From: Klebsormidium nitens
Lineage: Eukaryota > Plantae > Klebsormidiophyceae
Length of the DNA: 64,000 bases
Assembly (NCBI GenBank): GCA_000708835.1
Contig: DF237194.1
Coordinates: 1 to 64,000, forward strand
Reading direction: 5' to 3'
This document shows, piece by piece, positions 23,036 to 34,955 of this stretch (position 1 is its first letter; each line of letters starts with the position of its first letter). The notes below the pieces were generated by a model that worked only from the letters and a program-made list of their open reading frames with translations, made no database searches and was not told where the DNA came from. The position numbers were made by a program, and so were the translations under genes.

Positions 23036-23871
23036 CTATCCTTCCCCCCTCCTGCGAAAAGTTGAACTCCAATGTTGTTCAGGAATCAGAGCTCCACGAC
23101 CGGACTCCAAGCACCATGAAGCTAGGCTTGATAGGTCTGATAACAGCGCTATCAAAATGAACATTTTGAACGGCGTGCTCGGATCCTCGTCCCCCTCGCC
23201 CTGACCTGACGCTCCACCGGCAACGCGAATTAGGAATCTGTACGCCGTCTGACCGATGTTTTTGAGGTGATCATCAAAAGAGCGGTTCCCGCTTTTCAAC
23301 GTAAGCATCATCGAAGCTGGATGATCAGCGAGTTCCTTTGAGAGCGTCTCTGCTGCCTTGATGTTGACCTGGAAGGCGCTCGCCAGACTGCCCTTTCTCA
23401 CAACATACACCTCTAAGGGAGCAACTTGCTCTTGCTCTATGCTGTCTTTCTGTGAGGCTTCCCCGCAGGCGCTGTGCCCAATAGTCTTTACTTGAGCATT
23501 CAGAAAAAGCTGGCCATCCGGAATGTCCACTGCGAAGGCACAGTCACCCAGTGACCACGCGAAGCAGTTGTCCCGAATCCTTGAGAAAACAAAGAACTGC
23601 ACATCTTTCTGAGTAAGGCTGCAAACGTCCTGCGGTTCTGTTTCAGGTGCGTTCTTCTTCAGGCCAACTCCAAGTCGCACCAGCTTCTTGAACCCCCCAA
23701 AACCACTGACAGCTTCTCGAAGCGTCTGCAGGTCCGCGGAAGTACCAGTTTGCAAGCGCATGCAGCTAGGGAGAGAGTTAGAGGATCCTGAGAGGCCACC
23801 TTGCGCAAGATGAGATGCAAAGCGTCTCTCGGCAGCGAGAGCAAGTGAGCCACAGGTTCTGAAGATGCCAT
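23036..23871 (-). pseudogene. F-box-like paralog 3, frameshifted after the F-box (probable pseudogene)
   Basis: The F-box LSLPRDALHLILRKVASQDPLTLSLAACACKL is in one frame (23871 onward). The family-like body (LREAVSGFGGFKKLV, VQFFVFSR, LEVYVVRKGS) is in another frame, ending at 23036. The AERNPSLWERA segment of copies 1 and 2 is missing. Confidence 0.6.
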
Positions 23872-25215
23872 TGAAACGGACAGGAGGCTCTGCGAAAGAT
23901 TCAGAATTGACTGAGGACCTTCTTGCTAGGCGCTCGTCACTCTGCAATCTCACATGCTCGTGCAAACCTTCGGCAATCAACAGACTTAAGCTGCGCCGTC
24001 GTCTAGTCTGTGCTTGCCACTTCTTGCCGATGCGCTCAGACCCTCCAAAAGGAAATTTGCCTCTGAAGATTCTTGTCTGAGTGCGCAGCCTCAAAATGTT
24101 CTATCGGATCTGGCGCGAAAACTTCTAGGGGTACAATCCCGCCCTGGCTCTGTCGCTGTATCTTCGTTCCTTTGTCTCGATGCATATTGTGGCGGGAACG
24201 TGTGAGCGGACGTGTGAGTGGACCAGTCGAAATTACTCCAGCCTTTTCAAACCGCTAAGATTTTCGATATGGGCGACCACCTTTCGGCAGCCTCTTTGAC
24301 GAACGCGCTCGAACATCAACAGCCTGCACAATGTCAACGCTGGGCCGTCAGTCAATGCTCGATGCTTGGCAGCCTGGCAAACGAACAGCGATCAAGCACG
24401 TACTTACAGTGGGTTCTGGAGGCTGACGCGTCAAATTGGCACTGCTCAGTGAGTCGGGGGCATGCCCGGCCGGTAAAGCGGAGTCTCAAGGCTGTGCATG
24501 TATAGGGTGCAAGCATCTTTACTACCGTAGCTATGGTACGTACCTAGAAGCATGGCAGTCTTTTTCTTGAAGCCAGTATGCATAAACTCATATAAACCCA
24601 GTGGCTCAGCTGGCAGTGACCACCGGATTGTGGCTCCATACAGATCACGCGTACTGCATGCAAATAACCAGTTCGGACTTTGCAAACGCTACACGCGCTT
24701 AATTGCTGTGCCAGTCATGTTGAGTATCGATCGTCCCAACCAACGTCGTTGAATTTGTTGCGCGTATGCATATCCCACGTGCAATATCAAAGCCTGCCGC
24801 CAGGCTTTGCTGAGTTCGTTCAATCGATCCGTATATCAGTACTGTGATATATTCTGAGGAAACTTTATATGCAGATGTGGCCGGTGCGATGATGGACAAT
24901 TGCCAATTTGTCTTCATGAGTTCAAGGCGACTCTTCACTATCATTTGCTCTGCTGATCAAATTGGCGACAATCCACAGCTAGGTGGACGACGAGTATCAG
25001 AACACAACACCGTACGTTCATTTGCTTCAAGTGATCGAAACACCGCAAGGCTGTGTCAATCCTAGCTAGAGTCGAGTGCACTCAATTGTCATGACCGTGA
25101 GTAATCATGCAACCTGGTCAACATGCAGCTGAACATGTTGTACGTGCGCGCAATACATGCCCATCAAACGTACAACATTCCAGCCATGCCTTAATGCTTC
25201 CAGGGATCACTTTCA

Positions 25216-28200
25216 TCACATAAAAGCGGGCATCTGTGCGTCCTTCGTTTTCTTCTTCTCCTTCTTTACCCTACCCTTCGCCTTCCCCACCGGCGTCAAA
25301 CGCCGCCAAACGGCTGTAACCACTTCCAAATCCTCAGTCAACAACATCTCCGCCGAGTTATCCCCATTCGTCCCCAAATACTTTACCATCAGCCTCTTCG
25401 TTTTCCCTTCCGGTGTCGTAATTGATAGCTTCTGCCACCGAATCTCAGCCTGCCTCGGGTCCGCCCGATCCGCCTCGAGATCGTTTTCAACACCGCCACG
25501 TGGCTTCCTCTCAAACGCCGACCAGTCCGGATCCTTCGGACGCCCATCGGCGCCCAACTCCCGTTTGGGCTCCGCCTCCTCCTCACCCTCGTCCAGCCAC
25601 AGGAGCTGCTTTTTGGGTTTCGGTAAGTCTAGTTGCTTAACCGGGGCGGAGATGACTTGGAAACCTTCCGGAAGCGACCAACTGCCGCCATCCTCGGGTG
25701 ACACGTCACGGGGCTGAAATTGAATCTCTCCTTCATCCGGAATTTGGACCGTAATCTGCACAAGCAAGAAGACCACGACCGTAGGCTTAGACATTTCCGT
25801 AGGCAGGGAGGAAAGAGTGTTGCGCAAGGTCTACTGCGTAATATCGTTGGTGATTTTCCAGAGGACTTCACGACTTCGAGCTCATTTCCGAAGGTTGTCG
25901 TTCGAAGATTGCTGTTACGAATCAGTGCAATTGAATGTGAACCAAACTACTTGAATCAGGGCCACAGTGAATCTGAATCACAAGCAGTCAAATTCCTAAA
26001 CTGCCGAATGTTAACAGCCCACTGATCCACTCCGACTAAGACTGCCCCCTACTTTCCCGTCGTGGTTGCAAGATCGCAGCAGAAGATAGGGGCTAACTTT
26101 CCCTGCGGGGCATTGAATCTCAACAATCGTAGAGTAACAAAAGCAGAACCACAAAGCGAGCCCGGATCACCAGACCCTTTTTTTTACGCAGAGTGGAGGA
26201 GCCCGCTTTGATGCTTGCTGCCAAACACTGAAGTTCGATACCACAGAATCACAGAAGCAAAGTGGTCGCCTCACCAGGCCCTTTTCTAGCAACACATCCA
26301 CAACGTGCCCCGTGCACCCCTTGAACGGCCCCTTTTTGACCTCGACTCCCACCCCCGACCGCAACGGCACCCGGTTCGTTTCGTCTTCCTCGTCCTGTCC
26401 GCTTCCCGATTCGCCCCTTGACCCGCTTCTTAACCAGTCCATGTTTACCCCTGACCCGTCCGTTTCGCTCCCTAACCCGCTCCTTAGCCAGTCTGCATCA
26501 TTCTCTAAACCGTTCGATGAAGCGGTGTTGTCCGAGCCTCTGAGGCCCCACTCTAAGGTGCTAGTGTACTGGCTTTCCTCGGGTCTCCGTTCCGTTGCTC
26601 CGCTGCTGGACGGGAGCGGAACTTCTCGCCGGAACGGATCAAACGCAGGTGTTTTCGAGGCGGGGGCCTTGACGGGTCGGACGTCTTTAAACTTGACGTC
26701 GACTTCGGTATACTGCCCGAGAATCATAATCTTGACTTTCAACTGCGTGGAAGACAGACTCGGTCAGGACATTGATTGATGGTAAGTAGCAGCGATATCA
26801 ACAGACAAGTGATTTTTTTACCTTTCTGTCCAACCGAATTTTACACTAGGGGCATGCGTAGCGTCTTCTGAAGCCTGCAGATTTGTTTTAGGTCATCAAC
26901 TCATTCCTGCTTGACAAAGATAAGCAGTGCTACTGCCTCCAAAATCTCCTACTACAATCAGACCTCAACACGCCTGACATGCGACCTCCAGCCAAGCAGC
27001 CCTCTTAAAGCACGGCGTTAGAATATTAGGCGCTTGGAAAGAACCAACGTTCGGCTTCTCGTGCGAAAGCAATGCATACAAGGCTGCTATGTCCTGACAT
27101 CGTACTGCTAGCAAAGATATTCTTTGGTTTGCTACCCAGTAGAGGATGACTTCTGCATGCCGCTCCTGAGGCGAGAAAAGAAAGCCAAGTGATATTCACC
27201 CCGCCTCACCATTGCAAGACCCTTGTACATCCGGTAATCAAATCTACACGAACCTAACATCCGAGCCATCGTGGTGACGTCACCGAAGCCGCTACTGACG
27301 ATTGACCGTTTTCTCCTCACCTCTTGCTTCTCCCCGTCCCGCGTCGTCACCTCCCCCGTCAGCCCCGCAAACGGACCCCGCGCCACCATGACGTCACTCC
27401 CAACCGCATACTTGACATTCGCTGCAGGGGCCTCGATCAATCCCTCGCTTTCTTGTGGCACTCCGTTCCCCCCGCCTTCCAACTCAGGTTCCTGTTGAGC
27501 ACAACAATGCATGTAAAAGTTTCTGATTTTTCGCAAGAAGAGTCTGAAGGGCTGGAACCGCAGAGTTGAGCAACCGTCGCTTCTATCAAAGTAACCGGTG
27601 ACCATGCAACAAGTCGATTTCAGCGGAGTAGACGAGCATTGTGCCATTATGAGCTCCAGCACCTCCTTAAAGGCCAAACAAGCACGGTTGAACGCAGACG
27701 GAAGCTCTGACGTCAACGCTTTCTTTTAATCAAACCGCTTTGATCTGCAAACGGTTGGTCGCAGTCACTAACAGACCTTCTAGCGAACAATCAGGCCCAG
27801 ATGGGTTGATAAGCGTGAGAGCCCGCACGTATCAGCGCGACCATTGAAATAAGTTCCTCAGATTTGCCACAGACGCAAATCACCGACAGGTTAAACAGAA
27901 CTGCCTCCTCACCTCCGGCAAAGTCTGCTCCTTCTTGCCCTTTCTCGCCGCCGCCGCCTCAGCCTTCCTCTTTGCCGCCTCTTCCTTCTCCTTCTCCATC
28001 TTAGCCTGCGCCGCAGCAACTGTTTCCTGCACCTCTCGTTCTGCGTCCTCGATCATCTTCACGAAACGCTCCGCTTGCATGCCGGCCGCCACACTCATCC
28101 TGGAAATGTGCGAAACGGACTGTCAGCAATTAATCGAGAAGAGAAGAAGCGGGAGTTGCAAATCCTATTCCGTGGCCTGCGCCCGCTGCGATAATGTGCA

Positions 28201-31200
28201 CTTCTGGTTCTGCGTCCTCGATCATCTCAACGAATCGCTTGGCCTGCATGCCCGACGCGACACTCATCCTGGAAACGTGAACAGCCGTATGTCAGCACGC
28301 AATAGGCTGCACAAAGAATGCAGGTTCCAAAATTTCGAATCCATAATCCATCTCGGCCTGCGCCGCGGCACTCGTCTCCTGTACCTCTGAATATGCGCCC
28401 TGAATCATCTTCACGAATGGCTCCGCTTGCATGCCGGCCCCGACGCTCATTCTGGAAACGTGACGGCAACTCTCAGCAAAAAGTAACCGAGAATTTTGAA
28501 GTTATAAAACATGAACCGCGCCACACAACGTGCACGCTGATCGTCAGCACACATTTGAGAACGTAATATACAAAGCTGTGAAGCCACTAAACCGGAAGGA
28601 ATGCGAAAGGAAATAGGAAGCAAATCGATGTTGAGAGCGAATGGCGCATGAAACGGACGCGAGAATGCAAGCGACATGCATAACTTACACATCGTTGTTC
28701 CTAGCTCCTTCGATGGCTGTTCATCGAAGTAAGTAAACAGTACAAATGAGTAAAAGAGACGAAGAAACAAATTTGCAAAAAGAAAGAAAGACAGTCGACA
28801 GTACGAAGGACAATTTGGCTGTGCGGAAGAAAGGGGGTGGACAGAAGGCGCAGACTTCCGCGCTTCTTTTTCACGATTCTTCACTGTCAAATCTCCGCTT
28901 AGCTGTTGGTTTGCTACTTTTGGAACTGGACGAAAGGGACGCAGGAAACAACAACGCAAAAACTCCCTTCAATTTCGAAAAGGGGCCTCAAAGATCACAA
29001 CCCTCGACTCTGCGCTCCTTCAACATTGTAACCCTCGACGCTTTTCAAGAGACAATCTGAAGCTGAACAAAAGAAAGGAAGGAAGGGAGGATAGAAATGT
29101 TTGGGTCAAAGCATCGGGGCCTGGAGGCTCACACGCCCTTGTTCTCCGCCCCTTCGATGTTGTACAGCCCCGGCGTTGCGGACATGGCTTGCAGCACCTG
29201 CGGCGTCAGGCGCGCGCAGATGAACAGCACGTTGTTCGTCACGAACGTGCTGAAGTGGCGCGCTTCGCCGTTCTTCAGGATCTTCACCGCCGGCAACTCG
29301 GGGGTCCGGACATCAATCTAGAAAAGCGAACGCAAAAATGAGGTTGAGTGCGGTGCTAAAAGTTATAATCTAGTCTGTGATTTAGATATAGTCAAGGTTG
29401 TGTCTGGATTGAGTGACGCGCTTCGCCAGTCTTCGGAATTTTCACCTCCAGCAGCTGGGGGGTCCGAATGTCGATCTGCGGAAGGAAAGAAACGGTGAGA
29501 ACCAGAGCTAAGCCAAGGGTTGTATCTAGGTCGACTTTGGTTTTTATCATGATTACGGTCCATTTTTAGTCTGGGTGGCGCGCTTTCCCAATTTTCACAT
29601 TTCACTGCCGGCAGTTCGGAGTCCGGATATAAAATGGGATAGGAAAGAATACGAAATAATGAAACGCTGTGCTGAGGGCTAGGTCTAGTTCGTGGGACTC
29701 TCAAAGGTAACACGCCTAAACGTGACTCTCCTAATGAAACAGGTTAGATGTAAGACTCGTTTGCACAGCTCGACGCCCTGAGTTACGGACCTGCCCTAGT
29801 CATCGGATCCCGAAGCACTTAATCTCAACTCTTTAACTGCGAAAATAATTGCCCAATCATCATTTTGTAACAGTCACCGTATGAACAATCGGTCGGGAGA
29901 GCGTGCCCTCACCACCTCGTCCGGCGCAAACATCGCGAGCCGCTCCCAGAAAGCAGACACGACTTCCGTTTGCATCTTTTGGCACCATAAATGCGGACCT
30001 GAGCATAACTCCCGACCCCAAATGCAGATTGGAGCTTTAAAACATCGTTCCACAAAGCGTGACCCACCTACTCGTCTGGCGCATACAGTAAGAGCCGCTC
30101 CCAGAACGCCGCCGCGACTTCCGTTTACGGGAATTGACACCTTGATATGCCAGCCTGAGCTCAACGTCGGACCCCAAGCACAACTGAAAACCACTTTCGA
30201 CTGAAAATAAGCGTTCCGCAGAGTCTGCACTCACCTCCTCGTCTGGCGCGTACATCGCAAGCCGCTCCCGGAACGCGGCCGCGACGTCCGCCTCGGGGAC
30301 CGTGCAGTTGACGACGTACCACCGCTTCTCGACCTTCGAGCTCATCGCCAGCAGCTCCACGCGTTTCTCCTCCGTTTTGTGCGACAACTAGGAGAAGAAA
30401 TCAAATAAGTAGAATTCAATTTGTTCGGATTTCAAAGTCTAGCATTATCGTGGTGCCAGCTTGCAGAGGAGAGGAAACGGGACTGGGCGTTTGATGCCAG
30501 CAGCTCCACGCGTTTCTCCCTCCGTCTTGTGCACGAACTGGGCAAACATAGCATTATGTTTGGGGTTTCAGGAGATCACAATTATGTGTTCAGGATTTCA
30601 AATTCCGGCACTCTCTGCAAAACTAAGACGTCCCTAGACTAACATGGGTCCGGACTCTGCACGCTTGTCTGAAACCGTTCTGGTGACAACTGGACACAGC
30701 TGCATGCTTGACCAGGGAGTTCGTGTGTTAAAAAGATGTGGGACTACTCTTGCAGAAATCCAGATTTCAGGGTCCCATTCGACTTGCAAACAACGGAACC
30801 CCTAGGAGAAAAGATGATTGATGTCAGCGACTCCGCAAGCTTGTCCTTCATGAAGTCCGGCAGGGCCATATTGACTTGCCAGTTCCTCTTAGGAAGTAGG
30901 CAACCATAGGAATAGGGCCCAGCGCCACTGTACGACGCCGTGACGCGGGCCCGCCGTCCGAACTGCTTGGATTGGCTCTGTTCGACGATAAATCGTACGG
31001 TACGGCATAAAAAAATGACTGCATAAAGGTGCGAGATTTTCCTCGACTGGAGTCCCCAAGCGGCGCGGTCAACGCTTACGAATCGAACATTTTGGTCCGA
31101 GCGCTGCATGGTGTGAGCTTTAGCGTCGCACTTCGTGCATGTCCGCAGACTTCGACGTCGAATTTTCGTCTTGCTCGGTTGGCTGGTACCACCACTCATA

Positions 31201-34200
31201 AATCCACACCGTAAAAGGCAGCATAAACCGTAGATCAGTAGATCAAAATCATTATCAAGGAAAGTGGGAAGCCCTTGCCGTGGCACAGACGGCCACCCAT
31301 GTGGGATCGTGTACTTAGCGTTTCGTGGATCAAAGATTGTGAATCTTCGGGTGGCTTCAGGGGGCATCTTGCCTTGCCAAAGAAGGCAACCAACGCAGAT
31401 CAGCGGTGCGGCTTCAAAACCAAAGAGTACAATGCTGGTATATGGTTATCTATCGACGTTTTGAGGCTGCCACGCTATTTCGCTGTTCAGAAACTCGGAA
31501 CCGGCGGAGCCACTGCTGCGAAACCGTTCAAGATATCCCTTGGTGGTGAAATTCCAAAGCTTACTTAGAAGGAAGCGCAATATGAGTGCCGTCCGCCTAC
31601 CTGCTTCAGCGTGGTCGCCCGCAGCTCGCTCATCAGCCGCCCTTTGCGGTTGCGCCGCAGCGCCGCCAGCTGGCGCCGCCCAGCCTCGCTGATCTCAGCA
31701 CGCGCCTCTAGTTCCTCGAGCTCCGCGAGAAGCGCGTCTTCGTCCTCCTCGGCAAAAGGGTCATCTTGAGGTTCCTCTGACGCAGGCGGAGCCGTTTCAC
31801 TTATCTGCAAAAAATACAGACGAAACCTCAGACCCCCAATTCTTCTGCCAAGAGTGTAACCACGCTGTGCCTTCGACTTTCAAGCTCGACGAAACGTGCG
31901 CTTCGCTTCCTTACAAGGAATGGCTCTTGTTCGACAACAGGCTCTCCGGTCTCCGAACAAATTGAAAATGTAATAGGGCCCCTTCAAGCTCCACCAGCGC
32001 TTCGTCATTCTCCCCAAAACAATTCCCTTCTTCTTTCCCCTTCTGGTGGGGGCGCTGCCTTACTCTTTTTTTCGTACCGACTGTGGAATTTGTCAATACC
32101 AGTATCTTCAGAAATGGAGCGTGCGAGAAACTGCAAACTGATTTTGGCCGCCTCTACTTCCTCAAGCCTGGCGAGCAGAGCGTCTATCTATTTTTGCTAA
32201 TGTGACCTTGTCGATCAATTGCTTGGCAAGACATGAACGCTTTCACACGTTCGGTAATTCCCATAAGGGTTGTGAGAGGAAAGTTCAAAAGCAATCTGGG
32301 CAGAAATGTTAGCTCTTCTCAAGTGAAGTGACTTTTCGGACTCGTTTTCACAGATAACAAGATTCACACGCCTCGAGCAGACAGGACGCACGAATAAATC
32401 CATGGAAGGTGTTTATTTAGAGGGCGTCTTCCTTCACAAAGCCAGCTTTCCCCTGGCTCTCCTTTGGAACCTGGCGCAGTGTTTTTGCAGCCGTAGAGTA
32501 TTCTTCGGTCATTCTAGAAAGAGAAAGCGCCGTCAAAACTTGTAGGATGAGCCCTGTAGGCAGTATTCGATCACGATAATCATGCATGACAATACCAAAA
32601 GGTTTGCCTTCTACATCCGGAACCTTTGTCAAAACCGCAGATCCCTCCCCCACTCTTCACACAAGCAGATCCATTCCATTGGCTCTCGGAAGGAACCCAC
32701 CTCAGCCTCTGTTTCTTCCTGCGTCTCCGCACCCCCCTCCTCGTCCTGCCCCGACTCCGACTCAGTCGCCTTCGTCGCTTCCGCTTTTGCTCTCTCTCTC
32801 GCCCTCTTTCTTGCTGCCGCCTCTTTCGCCTTGGCCCGCCTGACCACTGCCAGTTTCGCTGCCTGTTTCGCCTGGCCGATGTCTTTTGCCGTCCGAAGCT
32901 GCCGCGGCCCCTTCTCGTCCGAATCAGGGTCCGGGTTGATCGGCACCTCCTGCTCACGAAGACGTATAGTGTCGGCCATTTTCACCTTTTCAAGTTTCAT
33001 TTGTCATTGGAACTCGAACCTTGACATTTGTTTTCTTTTCTTTCGAAGTCTTTGTCCGTCCCTCTTATGTTCGAAGCTGCCGCTGCCGCGGCCGCTTTTC
33101 AGACAATTTCAGATTGCACCTCCTGCTCAAGCACATGTCGATGACGTCAGTCGGATTCGTGTTTGAACTCTGCTTTTGTTTTCTTCCGTCCTTTGTTACG
33201 GTCTACTCCGACACATTGTCATAGGTGCCCCATCCTTCTAATGTCAACTTTCTTCCAGTTTATTGTTTGAAGTATCCACAGCCCTTGACCCCTCCAAATT
33301 CGAAATCTTACCGATACCCTCTTGCCTTTTTTCTTCCCCCAAAAGGCTACACTATTTTCCTTGACGTATCTTTCCGAGCTTGTACGACTTCTGCCTTGCT
33401 AAGTCCACTTCACTTTTTGAAAAATGCATCTTGGCAGTAAAGGGAGTTGAAAATTGAGGCTTTTTAGGATCAAACAATCTTCAACTTTGAGCCGGGACTC
33501 GACTGGGGATTTCGACTGCCCCTCACCCGCACAAAGCTCACGCAAGGCTCTGCCAGGTCTATGTATAGAGTCCGGTGTGCGCGAATCAAAATACAATATG
33601 GGGAAGACCAATCGGGAAGCGTACATCATGAATCGCTCTTCAAGTGGACCATATAGACGGTCCCCTCAGAATCTAGTCTCTCCTAGACTGTGGATGGCGG
33701 ATGGTCACGCAAGTCAGTATACACTGCCGCTCCTCTCACTGGTCTCAGGAGCCAGTCTTGAGTAAAGCCAGTCTTGAGAGTGTGCAGCATGTCTCTGCGA
33801 GAAACCACTAGACCTACCTTTGGGCGGGAAGTGCGCTTCCTCCGAACCACCGGGTTGCCGTCCGCGTCCAACTTTGCTGTCACCTGCAAACGCAAGCTTC
33901 CGCCTTTGAGCCACGTCAACTCTGCTTCCATTCTATTCCTCATGTCAGTGGTTGGGATACCGGAGCTTTCTACTTAAGGCTCAGTCTGATGCCGGTGGTG
34001 GTCGCACCCCCAGCTGACACCCCTGAATGGTCAATGGTGTGCACTATCACCACAGCGGTCAAGGTGTCTTGGCTCGTTTAGTGATCGCAGGTGGTTCTGG
34101 ATGGCCTGACAAATAAGAGCACAACAACCAATGTTGAAAGAAAGAGAGGTAGAAGCCACTTCCGGGTCTGGCACTGGTTGAAGAAACCTCATAATCAGCC

Positions 34201-34955
34201 ACAAACCCTAAAACTCGAGTGTAATGCAGCCAGGCTTTTCTTGCGGCCATCTTGCCAGAGAAACCCTTCGTTGTTACAGTGACTTATACATATGCATGCG
34301 GAAACACAGCCACTTCACAATACATGCTTCACTCATTACAGACTCATTTAGCAACACATCCTGTATTATGTTGGTAACGGTGGTACATTGCCTACGCCCA
34401 GACTTTTAAGACTTCATGCTCAGACACCCCCAGATTTTACAGTCCTAGATTGAACGCCCTTGCACATAGACTCACCACTCCGGCACACAGTAATAAGCTG
34501 CTGGTACACCCACTGGAAGCGGCCAGAGTAGTGGCAGCCCTGACCTGCTTAGGCTTCTTCTTCTTCCGTGGGGAAGGAATGTCGATGATTGCTCCATTCT
34601 CATCAACAGGGAAGTAGTTCTCGTTGAACTTGGGGATGACGATGCTCCCCTCCCCCCAGTCGAACGTCTCGAGCCCCTCGTCCGCTTCCGAAGCACGGGT
34701 ACCAGCATTGCGAAGCCTGACACGGGGCACGAAACTCGACCTGCCATTGACCACCCATGCGAGTGGCCTAGAGGAGAGTACAGAGAATGCTGACCTTCTA
34801 ACAGGAGACAAGTTGTAATTCAAAATGCAGAGCGTTGGATTAGGGTTTCTACCTGAGCAAGATGGCCGGCGACCCTGGCGTGTGTAACACCCTGCTTCTG
34901 CCGCGCAGAACACGTCTAGACCTTGCGAAAGCGACATTTTCACAGACAACGCCAT
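25216..34955 (-). CDS. PTAC13: Plastid-targeted NusG-type transcription factor (NGN plus two KOW motifs), pTAC13-like, 9 exons, ~855 aa
   Basis: Exons 34955-34545, 32949-32701, 31804-31601, 30387-30235, 29317-29133, 28099-27913, 27491-27321, 26742-26275 and 25755-25216 join in phase (2568 nt). It has an S/R-rich transit-peptide-like N-terminus and an NGN-like region (KRWYVVNCTVPEADVAAAFRERL...NVLFICARLTPQVLQAMSATPGLYNI). KOW1 is YAVGSDVMVARGPFAGLTGEV...LKVKIMILGQYTEVDV; KOW2 is SGVGVEVKKGPFKGCTGHVVDV. Orthology to pTAC13 is from recalled similarity. Confidence 0.72.

Noticed and set aside
30744-31367. 207-aa minus-strand ORF inside pTAC13-like intron 3
   Set aside because: It has a non-ATG start and no recognisable domain, and the flanking exons join in phase without it. 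A decayed insertion cannot be fully excluded.
32582-33166. 194-aa plus-strand ORF
   Set aside because: It is the antisense shadow of the charged pTAC13-like exon 2.
34768-34852. Apparent GT-AG intron in pTAC13-like exon 1
   Set aside because: Removing these 85 nt shifts the frame, while the unspliced frame is open and reads as a transit peptide.
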